A stretch of DNA of 59,377 nt, from positions 1 through 59,377 of the forward strand of contig CAYXHC010000002.1 in NCBI GenBank assembly GCA_964464905.1, in the 5' to 3' direction. The notes under the pieces were generated by a model. That model was not told where the DNA came from and made no database searches. It saw only the letters and a list, made by a program, of their open reading frames with translations. The translations under genes were made by a program, and so were the position numbers. This stretch comes from an uncultured Lachnospiraceae bacterium (lineage in GTDB: Bacteria; Bacillota; Clostridia; Oscillospirales; CAG-272). Below are positions 38,429-45,856 of this stretch, piece by piece (within the stretch, counting starts at the first letter, position 1; each line of letters starts with the position of its first letter).

Positions 38429-39769
38429 TTATGTAAGTCCGAGTCGTTCCAGCTCGTCGTCAACGTCGTGAACGAGAGGGTGAGACGCAACGAGGGTGCG
38501 TTTTGATAAAATATCAGCGGATGAATTGAGCGCTCCGACAGCCGCAGCCTCATTCACTAAAAGATCGCGGTTGAAGCGTATCTCGGCTTCGGAACAGCGA
38601 AAATCTCCTTTACCCGTGTAGAAAAGATAAGAGCGGATGTAGCCTATCCATTCGTCGATCGCGCATCCAAGCTCTGCTTCAAAGCCGTTTGCGTCAAGAT
38701 CAATGTCGGAATATATCGCCAGAATGTTCATCCGGTTAGGATTGCTTCCGAGACGCGAATCGTTGGAATCAAAGCCACGGCAGCATTCCACCAAAGCCTC
38801 GGAAAGCTGATTCTTCAGCGTTTCGTAGTTCGTTGCATCCACCTTTATCGAAAGAGTATCAACGCCGCCCTCGCCGCCTCCATCGGAGCGCACCTTCACA
38901 GCTCCGTAAGCGGCAAGATTGCGTCTGAATTCACCCAGATCCTCACCGTCAAAATTCTTCAGTACCAGAACGGTGTTTCTGCTGTTTTCCGACATATTGT
39001 CGCAAAAATCGGATTGAAGCTCGTTGAGTGCATCCTGAATACATTTTGCCCGTCTTATCATCGGGATCGCTCCGGCGTTATACTTTACCGGAATAACGGG
39101 AACACGGTCCCATCTGTAACACTCACCATCGTTATCCCTGAAATGATATGGCGTGTCAGCAACGAAACGAAGCTCGCCACCGCGGTATTCATATTCTTCG
39201 GTTCCGTTGCAGGTGTAAACGAAAACGCGCTTTTTTACGCATCGCTTTTTACCCTCGTAGTATTCTTCGGGGGAAACGCGCAAAAGCATATCGAGCTTCG
39301 TGTGTGCTGCGTCGTGCCAGAATGGCAAGCAGTTGGCCGAGTCGAATAAATAAAGCTTCAGTTCGCCCTTCTCATCGATGTAAGGGTGAAGCCAGGCAAT
39401 ACCGCATCCCATAGACTCGGTGGCGGCAAGACGCCAGAGCAGCTGCCCCTCCTTGCCGAAATATTTTTTTATTTCAGCGGAAAAAGCCTTGTCGGGCACG
39501 TTGCGTGTGAACGGCTTTCCCAATGAGTAATTTACCTTCTGGTCTATTATCCTCCCGTATTGATTGTTTACAATACGGGTGCAGGGAAGCTTGTCAAGAT
39601 TTATAACGTCGCCGTCAGCTCCGATAGCGGTACGATGACGTCGCAGAATGTCGTGTTCGCCGCGATAATATCGCTTTGCGTCACGAGCTTCCTTTCTTGC
39701 GTGGGATGCAAGAAAGGAAGCAGTTTCCGCCGAAAGCATACTTAAATAAGAATTTGTTATGTGTTTCAT
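38429..39769 (-). CDS. Portal protein (SPP1 gp6-like)
   Basis: 446 aa. An N-terminal YYRGEHDILRR...NNQYGRIIDQKVNYSLGKPF pattern is typical of this portal family. Confidence 0.8.
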   Translation of the reverse strand: MKHITNSYLSMLSAETASFLASHARKEARDAKRYYRGEHDILRRHRTAIGADGDVINLDKLPCTRIVNNQYGRIIDQKVNYSLGKPFTRNVPDKAFSAEIKKYFGKEGQLLWRLAATESMGCGIAWLHPYIDEKGELKLYLFDSANCLPFWHDAAHTKLDMLLRVSPEEYYEGKKRCVKKRVFVYTCNGTEEYEYRGGELRFVADTPYHFRDNDGECYRWDRVPVIPVKYNAGAIPMIRRAKCIQDALNELQSDFCDNMSENSRNTVLVLKNFDGEDLGEFRRNLAAYGAVKVRSDGGGEGGVDTLSIKVDATNYETLKNQLSEALVECCRGFDSNDSRLGSNPNRMNILAIYSDIDLDANGFEAELGCAIDEWIGYIRSYLFYTGKGDFRCSEAEIRFNRDLLVNEAAAVGALNSSADILSKRTLVASHPLVHDVDDELERLGLT

Positions 39770-39841
39770 TAAACCGCAGTTCCTCCTGTCGCGGTAAGAT
39801 TGCGTATTTCTGATGCTCGGAAAAGAGATAACGTAAAACGG

Positions 39842-41077
39842 TCAAAAACTGAAGTTCATACCGCTCGTCGCATCGGAAACGGCGTAACGCATCGCATCCA
39901 TCAAATGATCGTTTTTTCCGACCGGACGGTTGACGGCGTTGCCGCTGCTGTCCGTGTCCCAAACGTAACCGCGTATCTCTCCGATAAAATTTTTACAAAC
40001 AGGCGATATTACGATGTGGTTGCGTGCCACGGTGTCTATTCCGGAAAGAATGCTGCCATGCCTCTTCGACGAGGGCACGATGCGCCTTATCCCCATGGAT
40101 CGAAGCTCGTCAACAGATTTCGGCTCTGCTGAATCGGCAACGATGCGGCATCTCCCGTAGCCGCGCCCCTTGATAAGCGCCGCAAGACGATCGTTGGTCA
40201 GTCCCCGTTCGTATATTTCGTCGTAAACGAAAAGCTCCCGCCTTTCCGTAGACAAAAGACCGCAAAAAAGAGCGGTAGGGTCGTTGGTGTAGCCGAAATC
40301 AAGACCAAGCACCGGCAAAAAGCCATGCTTTACAAGAATATCGCGGTCGAATTCCCGTATTTCGTACGAAGGATAAACGAGACCGCTGACAGCACCCCAT
40401 TTGCCGAGTCCCGCCGTTCGGTAACGTTCGGGACGTTCACGCTTCATGGTCTCGAAAAGCGTAATGTCAGCCTCGTCAAGAAATTCGTTGGTCTTGTAGG
40501 TCGTCGTCATCCGTAAAACGTCGGGCGACTCGGGCGCATCAAAGAAGCGCCGCTTAAGCCAGTGCCCTTCGTTCCAAGGGTTGAAAGTTACCGTCAATTG
40601 CTTGAAATATCCGGTAGGTACGTACCCTCTTATAAGCTCGTCTATCATATCAAAGTCAGCCTCGTCTGAGATCTCAAAAGCCTCCTCGCACCAAAGCCAG
40701 CATAAAACTCCCCTTGAGACCGAAATGGACGTAAGCTTCATCGGATCGTCGAGTCCTTTGAAAAAGATTTTCTGCCCCGTGATTTTTCTCGTTATTTCGA
40801 GAGGGGATGTTTTGAATTCGAATTCTTTCAGCACACCGAGCCGCTCAGCCGCCCATTTAAGCTCCGTGTAGCACGAACGCTCAAGAGACGCGTAAGTGCG
40901 TCGTACCACCAAAAGATTTGCAAGCGGATATTTCAGTAAATGATAAATATACCAAAGCGCCGTCGTTTTCGACTTCTTCGAAGCACGAGAGCCCTTGATA
41001 ACGCGGTATCTTCCGCGAAAATTCCAGAATCTTTCGTAGCCTCTCCCAACGGTGCGGTATAGGTCAATCTTCTTCAT
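39842..41077 (-). CDS. Terminase large subunit (PBSX-type)
   Basis: Walker A-like KGSRASKKSKTTA and a C-terminal nuclease region. ATG at 41077 follows GAGGAAA; the ORF-track TTG is at 41125. Confidence 0.85.
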   Translation of the reverse strand: MKKIDLYRTVGRGYERFWNFRGRYRVIKGSRASKKSKTTALWYIYHLLKYPLANLLVVRRTYASLERSCYTELKWAAERLGVLKEFEFKTSPLEITRKITGQKIFFKGLDDPMKLTSISVSRGVLCWLWCEEAFEISDEADFDMIDELIRGYVPTGYFKQLTVTFNPWNEGHWLKRRFFDAPESPDVLRMTTTYKTNEFLDEADITLFETMKRERPERYRTAGLGKWGAVSGLVYPSYEIREFDRDILVKHGFLPVLGLDFGYTNDPTALFCGLLSTERRELFVYDEIYERGLTNDRLAALIKGRGYGRCRIVADSAEPKSVDELRSMGIRRIVPSSKRHGSILSGIDTVARNHIVISPVCKNFIGEIRGYVWDTDSSGNAVNRPVGKNDHLMDAMRYAVSDATSGMNFSF

Positions 41078-41552
41078 CAGAGTCTGTTTCCTCAGTAATG
41101 TCGGCAAGGAACTTCTCCTCGCCAACGAAAATTACACTATCGTGATCGTCACCCTCGCCGTTGAAAATGCCGTATCGACGCGCCAGCATTTCCGCTGCAC
41201 TCATCCGTTCTTTGACAGACGCGGATTTGTTTATAACGCGCGCGCACCGCTCTGTCTTACCTTCCTTGCCGGTCCTTTGCTCAACGACTACCACGGGGTC
41301 GTGAACGTCTCCGCGCATAACGGACGTCAGCATTTGCAGAATCTCTGTAGGATCTGCAACTGCACTCGGCCGATCAGCCTTAAGTTCAACGCCTTGTCCG
41401 CAGAGCTTCCCAAGCAGAGCGGAAGCGGCGCCGAGCCGTTTGTAACCGGCGTCTTTTGCTGCCTCTTCGGGGTCCATCCCCGATCTGTATAATTCCAAAA
41501 AACGTCGTTGTCTTTCGTTCAAATCGTTAATGATTCCTCCGTTCTCACCCAT
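41064..41552 (-). CDS. Terminase small subunit
   Basis: 162 aa with N-terminal LNERQRRFLELYRSGMDPEEAAKDAGY. Immediately upstream of the large subunit. Confidence 0.6.
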   Translation of the reverse strand: MGENGGIINDLNERQRRFLELYRSGMDPEEAAKDAGYKRLGAASALLGKLCGQGVELKADRPSAVADPTEILQMLTSVMRGDVHDPVVVVEQRTGKEGKTERCARVINKSASVKERMSAAEMLARRYGIFNGEGDDHDSVIFVGEEKFLADITEETDSDEED

Positions 41553-41636
41553 AGGGCGTGAATAAACAAAATGAACACAAACACAAAGTTCGTGTGTGAG
41601 CCTTATTCCAAATACAGCCTCAAATAAGGAAAAAGC

Positions 41637-41933
41637 TCAAACGATCATTGTTCGGGCGGTGTACTTTTCACAGCGCCGCCGTGCATACTGTTCATCATAT
41701 TCTCCAAGGGCGAAAGCAACCTGCTGCCAGGTCATACCGTAAAGATAACGGAGCGTTAAAGCAGAACGGTCGAAATGATCGGTAACGCTCGAAATGCGAT
41801 CGTGAAAATCCTCATATCGTCGGGATAACTCGTCTGTACGCTTTTTCATATCGTTACGTAAGCGAAGTATACGCGCGTCATCCTCTCCGTCCGAGGTAAG
41901 CGACGCCTTTCTCAAAAGCTCGAGCTCGCACAT
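41637..41933 (-). CDS. Sigma-70 region-4-like HTH protein (candidate late-gene activator)
   Basis: 98 aa with LTLRYLYGMTWQQVAFALG, which resembles a sigma region 4 / RinA-ArpU-type HTH. Positioned upstream of terS. Confidence 0.45.
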   Translation of the reverse strand: MCELELLRKASLTSDGEDDARILRLRNDMKKRTDELSRRYEDFHDRISSVTDHFDRSALTLRYLYGMTWQQVAFALGEYDEQYARRRCEKYTARTMIV

Positions 41934-41985
41934 CTCTCTTTCGAGAAGACGAAGCTCGCTGCGGATGCCTTTTACGGTACGTAGG

Positions 41986-42270
41986 TTAATAGCGATCGCC
42001 CGATCTCATGACTTTTCCGGAAAACTCGGAAATTGCTTCCGTAACGGACGAAAATCCGCATATATCGAGGATCTCGGAAATGGAAAAGTTTTCGATGCAT
42101 TCGTCGCAAACGATTCCGTCGCCGTCTCCGTCGGGATTATATATGTAGCTTTGACCGTGAGAAATGATCTCACCGCAAAGCGAACAGCGAAGTGAGCCTA
42201 CGCTCCCTTCGTCAATGTCGAGCGGGCACCCGTCTATGTGCCCGAAATCGTAATCGCAAATGTCACACAT
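41986..42270 (-). CDS. Cys-rich (CxxC x3) small protein, first gene of the block
   Basis: 94 aa with CDIC, CSLC and CDEC pairs. A GGTGGTGA RBS lies 6 nt upstream. Confidence 0.5.
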   Translation of the reverse strand: MCDICDYDFGHIDGCPLDIDEGSVGSLRCSLCGEIISHGQSYIYNPDGDGDGIVCDECIENFSISEILDICGFSSVTEAISEFSGKVMRSGDRY

Positions 42271-42288
42271 CAGATTTCACCACCAATC

Positions 42289-42302
42289 AGAACAAATGTT
42301 CG
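42289..42302. promoter_or_regulatory. LexA-type SOS box 1
   Basis: AGAACAAATGTTCG (GAAC-N4-GTTC), 19 nt upstream of the ATG at 42270. Confidence 0.7.
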
Positions 42303-42317
42303 TATTTTGAGCGATGT

Positions 42318-42342
42318 AAAAACGCGCCGGGAGCGCGCGTTT
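42318..42342 (-). terminator. Terminator-like hairpin within the leader of the phage-like operon
   Basis: The minus strand reads AAACGCGC(7-nt loop)GCGCGTTT followed by TTTAC, about 10-35 nt downstream of the predicted transcription start. Confidence 0.5.
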
Positions 42343-42357
42343 CCACATCGTGCCTAT

Positions 42358-42386
42358 ATTATACCATAAATCGCCAAATAATTCAA
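42358..42386 (-). promoter_or_regulatory. Extended -10 sigma-A promoter of the phage-like operon
   Basis: The minus strand reads TTGAAT, 17-nt spacer, TATAAT, with the last three spacer bases TGG giving TGgTATAAT. Confidence 0.7.
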
Positions 42387-42395
42387 TAGTCAAAA

Positions 42396-42409
42396 AGAAC
42401 AAATGTTCG
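42396..42409. promoter_or_regulatory. LexA-type SOS box 2
   Basis: AGAACAAATGTTCG, identical to box 1 and 10 nt upstream of the -35. Its right half is part of the perfect 18-bp palindrome GTTCGTAAATTTACGAAC (42406-42423). Confidence 0.7.
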
Positions 42410-42418
42410 TAAATTTAC

Positions 42419-42430
42419 GAACATACGTAT
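42419..42430. promoter_or_regulatory. Degenerate third SOS-box-like element
   Basis: GAACATACGTAT: the left half-site is intact and the right half is degenerate. Confidence 0.3.
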
Positions 42431-42462
42431 ATTACATGTGTGAAAACTGAATAAAACCTTTG

Positions 42463-42491
42463 TTGACAAGGAAAAACACATATTTTATAAT
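42463..42491 (+). promoter_or_regulatory. Sigma-A promoter of nfo
   Basis: TTGACA, 17-nt spacer, TATAAT. Confidence 0.65.
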
Positions 42492-42573
42492 AGACTGAGA
42501 CGAGAGGCTAAAAGCCTGTCGCAATTTATTAATTTTATGAAAATCGCACAAAAATGATAGTATCGGAGAAATT

Positions 42574-43437
42574 ATGAGCAAAAAATTAAGGCTTGGCGCA
42601 AATCTGTCCGTGTCTGGCGGATATGCAAAAATGATAGAAACATCACATAGTATAGACGGAAACGTAATTCAGTGCTTCATAAGAAATCCGCGCGGCGGAG
42701 ATATGCGTACGATAAACGAGGAAGACGAAGAAAAGGCGCTCCGTCTCCTTGATGAATACGAAATAGAGCATAGCTCTCTTATCGCCCACGCCCCATATAC
42801 AATGAATCCGTGCTCAGCAAGGCAAGAGGTCAGGGAGTTCACTATACGCACTATGAAAGAGGACTTTTTGTACCTCGAACGTATACCGGGTATCCTTTAT
42901 AATTTCCACCCAGGATCACACACGGGTCAGGGCGTAGACACAGGCATCGAACATACGGCAAAATGCCTTGCTAAAACCATGTGGAGAGAAATGAGAACGA
43001 AGGTGCTCATAGAAACCATGGCGGGAAAGGGAAGTGAGATAGGAAAGACCTTTGAAGAAATACGAGCGATCATCGACGGAGCCGAAGAGGCGAATCCCGA
43101 AATAGAGGGATTGCTTGGCGTATGCCTCGATACCTGCCACGTAAACGACGGAGGTTACGATATCGTCGGTGACCTTGACAGGGTCGTTGACGAGTTCGAC
43201 CGCATTATCGGACTCGATAGACTTCACGCTATACACTTAAACGACAGTAAGAATCCAAAAGGATCCCATAAGGACCGTCACGAGGTGATCGGCAGCGGCA
43301 TGATAGGACTCGAAGCGCTCGTACGCGTTATGAATCACCCAAAGCTTTCCCACCTCCCCTTCTGCCTTGAAACTCCCAACGAGGTAGATGGGTATAAAGC
43401 AGAGATAGCGCTTCTTCGTTCCCGCTTTGAAGGATGA
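42574..43437 (+). CDS. nfo: Endonuclease IV (AP endonuclease family 2)
   Basis: 287 aa with HAPYTMN, NFHPGSH, ETMAGKGSE, LDTCH and HLNDSKNPKGSHKDRH metal-ligand motifs. Confidence 0.9.
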   Translation: MSKKLRLGANLSVSGGYAKMIETSHSIDGNVIQCFIRNPRGGDMRTINEEDEEKALRLLDEYEIEHSSLIAHAPYTMNPCSARQEVREFTIRTMKEDFLYLERIPGILYNFHPGSHTGQGVDTGIEHTAKCLAKTMWREMRTKVLIETMAGKGSEIGKTFEEIRAIIDGAEEANPEIEGLLGVCLDTCHVNDGGYDIVGDLDRVVDEFDRIIGLDRLHAIHLNDSKNPKGSHKDRHEVIGSGMIGLEALVRVMNHPKLSHLPFCLETPNEVDGYKAEIALLRSRFEG

Positions 43438-43444
43438 ATAAATT

Positions 43445-44128
43445 ATGAAAGTTACATATATTAATCACAGCGGATTTTCCGTTGAAACAGATTCCTCCAT
43501 CCTCGTGTTCGATTATTACAAAGGTAAGCTGCCCGAAATACCCGTTGATAAGAAGCTTTTTTTCTTCGTCAGTCATTATCACGAAGACCATTTCGGGAAA
43601 GCAATATTCGACGTTGCAGATAGCCGACCTGATGCCGAGTATATCCTTGATAAGAGCATCGCGACTGCACCACGCAATATAAACGCCACCTTCGTCAACT
43701 ATCACCGTGAATATAAAGTAAACGGAGCGTATATAAAAACGCTGAGATCCACCGACTGCGGCGTTGCATATCTCGTAAAAATAGACGGCGTCACCGTATA
43801 TCACGCAGGAGACCTTCATCTCTGGCTTTGGGATGGCTCACCTGCAGTATCAAGGCGCGCCGTTGAAATATCCTTCAAAATGGAACTGAATCTGCTGAAA
43901 AACGAGAATATCGACCTGGCTTTCCTGCCAGTGGATCCGCGGCAGGAGAAAAACGGCACCCTCGGCTTTGATTTTGCCATGAGGAACCTTAATATCAAAA
44001 AAGCGTTCCCCATGCATTTCTGGAACACACCCGATTACGTTCGGGATTTTATAGCATCAGACGGTGCGAGAGCATATCGCGATAAGATCGTTCCGCTTCT
44101 TCACGATGGTGATACGATAGAAATATAA
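43445..44128 (+). CDS. MBL-fold metallo-hydrolase
   Basis: 227 aa with the VSHYHEDH motif. Confidence 0.75.
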   Translation: MKVTYINHSGFSVETDSSILVFDYYKGKLPEIPVDKKLFFFVSHYHEDHFGKAIFDVADSRPDAEYILDKSIATAPRNINATFVNYHREYKVNGAYIKTLRSTDCGVAYLVKIDGVTVYHAGDLHLWLWDGSPAVSRRAVEISFKMELNLLKNENIDLAFLPVDPRQEKNGTLGFDFAMRNLNIKKAFPMHFWNTPDYVRDFIASDGARAYRDKIVPLLHDGDTIEI

Positions 44129-44172
44129 GTTATCCGTCACCGTTGACATCCGCACCAAACCATTTATTTGAT

Positions 44173-44204
44173 ATTATATAATATCCGAATTATATAATAT
44201 CCGA
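44173..44204. repeat. Perfect tandem direct repeat, 2 x 16 bp
   Basis: ATTATATAATATCCGA occurs twice. Each unit contains the 10-bp palindrome ATTATATAAT. Confidence 0.9.
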
Positions 44205-44244
44205 TAGTTATTTCAAGGAGCAGCGCCCTGATACAAAGTAAACA

Positions 44245-44273
44245 CAGCGCTGCCCTTCGGGAGCGCTGTTTAT
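44245..44273 (+). terminator. Terminator hairpin downstream of the MBL gene
   Basis: CAGCGCT(GCCCTTCGGG)AGCGCTG followed by TTTAT. Confidence 0.6.
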
Positions 44274-44311
44274 ACCATTTACATATTTATAAGCAAATCC
44301 ATCGAAATACC

Positions 44312-44341
44312 TTGATTTAGGAAAACTCAAAGGAGTATAAT
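44312..44341 (+). promoter_or_regulatory. Sigma-A promoter of metF-metH
   Basis: TTGATT, 18-nt spacer, TATAAT. Confidence 0.55.
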
Positions 44342-44381
44342 ATAAGGTATTAAATCAAAACGAAGCTGTGAGGACGATCTT

Positions 44382-45257
44382 ATGAAGATCATAGATATAC
44401 TGAACGATAGCACGCTTTCTCTTTCCTTCGAGGTCTTTCCTCCGAAAACGGAAACGAGCTTTGAAAGCGTTAAAACCGCAACGGAGGAGATAGCGAAGCT
44501 TTGCCCCTCGTTCATGAGTGTCACGTACGGCGCAGGCGGAGGCACGAGCAAATATACCCTCGATATCGCTAAAAATATAAAAGAGCTTTACGGCGTTCCC
44601 ACGTTGGCACATCTCACCTGCGTTTCTTCAACGAAAGAAACCGTAAAACGGAAGATCGGGGAGATCAGAGCCGCAGGCATTGAAAACGTAATGGCACTCA
44701 GAGGCGATATCCCCGAGGCAATGCAGGACGCGGACAGAAGCCGCTGGGATTACCGCCACGCCATAGACCTGGTCTGCGAGCTTAAAGACGCGGGAGATTT
44801 CTGTATAGGCGGCGCCTGCTATCCCGAGATCCACCCGGAAAGCAGAGATCAGAAGGAAGATATCAAGCATCTGAAGGAAAAAACGGACGCAGGCTGCGAT
44901 TTTCTCACCACACAGATGATTTTTGATAACAATCTTTTATATAATTTCCTTTATAAAATACGCGAAGCTGGCATCACCGTTCCCGTTATCCCCGGTATCA
45001 TGCCTATCACAAATGCAAATCAGGTGGTAAGGGCAATAAAACTTTCAGGCTCGTTTATGCCTCAGCGTTTCAAGAGCATCGTTGATAAATTCGGCTCCGA
45101 CCCCGCCGCGATGAAGCAGGCTGGCATAGCATACGCAACGGACCAGATCATCGACCTCTATGCAAACGGTATCACAAACGTTCACGTTTACTCCATGAAT
45201 AAACCTGACGTAGCAGCTAAGATTCAGAGTAATCTCTCCGACATAATCGGTAAATGA
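44382..45257 (+). CDS. metF: 5,10-methylenetetrahydrofolate reductase
   Basis: 291 aa with N-terminal SFEVFPPKT and HLTC motifs. Confidence 0.9.
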   Translation: MKIIDILNDSTLSLSFEVFPPKTETSFESVKTATEEIAKLCPSFMSVTYGAGGGTSKYTLDIAKNIKELYGVPTLAHLTCVSSTKETVKRKIGEIRAAGIENVMALRGDIPEAMQDADRSRWDYRHAIDLVCELKDAGDFCIGGACYPEIHPESRDQKEDIKHLKEKTDAGCDFLTTQMIFDNNLLYNFLYKIREAGITVPVIPGIMPITNANQVVRAIKLSGSFMPQRFKSIVDKFGSDPAAMKQAGIAYATDQIIDLYANGITNVHVYSMNKPDVAAKIQSNLSDIIGK

Positions 45258-45856
45258 TAAGCACGGTCACGTTAAATCCTAAAAGCATCCCTCATATCTC
45301 AAAAAAAGAGGTGCTTCGTTACGCAGGCTGTAAAAGCGGCGAGCTCGTCACAAGCGAAACGAATGCACTCTTCGACGGATGCGAAAAAGAAACGGAAGGC
45401 ATCTTTACGTATAAGGTATCATATACCATAGTGCCCGTGACAACGAACTGCGATACAGTCTGCCTTGGTGACCTTGCAGCAGACTCAAAGGACCTTCTAA
45501 AGAACCTTGAAGGCTGCGGCGAAGCTGTAATATTCGCGGCAACTGTAGGCGTTGGCATAGACAGACTCATAGCGCGATACGCTCATCTGTCCCCGTCGAA
45601 AGCACTTATGCTTGAAAGCATCGGCACCGAACGCGTGGAAGCACTTGCGGACGCTTTCGTTTTAAGCGTCGAAAAAGAAAATAACGTACAAACAAAGCCG
45701 CGCTACAGTCCCGGCTACGGAGACCTCCCGCTTTCCTTTCAAAGAAGCATCTTTTCGCTGCTTGAATGTGAAAAGCGAATGGGACTTTATCTGAACGATA
45801 CCCTGCTTATGACACCGCGGAAATCCGTCACGGCAATAGTGGGAATTATGAATTGA
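45254..45856 (+). CDS. Methionine synthase activation (SAM-binding) domain protein
   Basis: 200 aa with a C-terminal PRYSPGYGDLPL...MTPRKSVTAIVGI pattern. Encoded separately from the metH body. Confidence 0.8.
   Translation: MISTVTLNPKSIPHISKKEVLRYAGCKSGELVTSETNALFDGCEKETEGIFTYKVSYTIVPVTTNCDTVCLGDLAADSKDLLKNLEGCGEAVIFAATVGVGIDRLIARYAHLSPSKALMLESIGTERVEALADAFVLSVEKENNVQTKPRYSPGYGDLPLSFQRSIFSLLECEKRMGLYLNDTLLMTPRKSVTAIVGIMN

Larger units (their letters stand above)
31239..42270 (-). mobile_element. Compact phage-derived head plus contractile-tail/baseplate gene block (PBSX/GTA-like or prophage remnant)
   Basis: Sixteen co-directional, mostly overlapping ORFs running from a Cys-rich protein and terminase genes to a DUF2313-like baseplate protein. 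I recognised no integrase, repressor, replication, lysis, tube, tape-measure or fibre gene. Confidence 0.8.

Noticed and set aside
42396-42430. LexA boxes as regulators of nfo rather than of the phage-like operon.
   Set aside because: The nfo promoter (42463-42491) lies 35-65 nt downstream of the boxes, so they sit upstream of its -35. They flank the minus-strand promoter much more closely. Dual control cannot be excluded.
44173-44204. Possibility that the 16-bp tandem repeat is a CRISPR or minisatellite array.
   Set aside because: There are only two units, directly abutting with no spacers, and no cas genes anywhere in the window.
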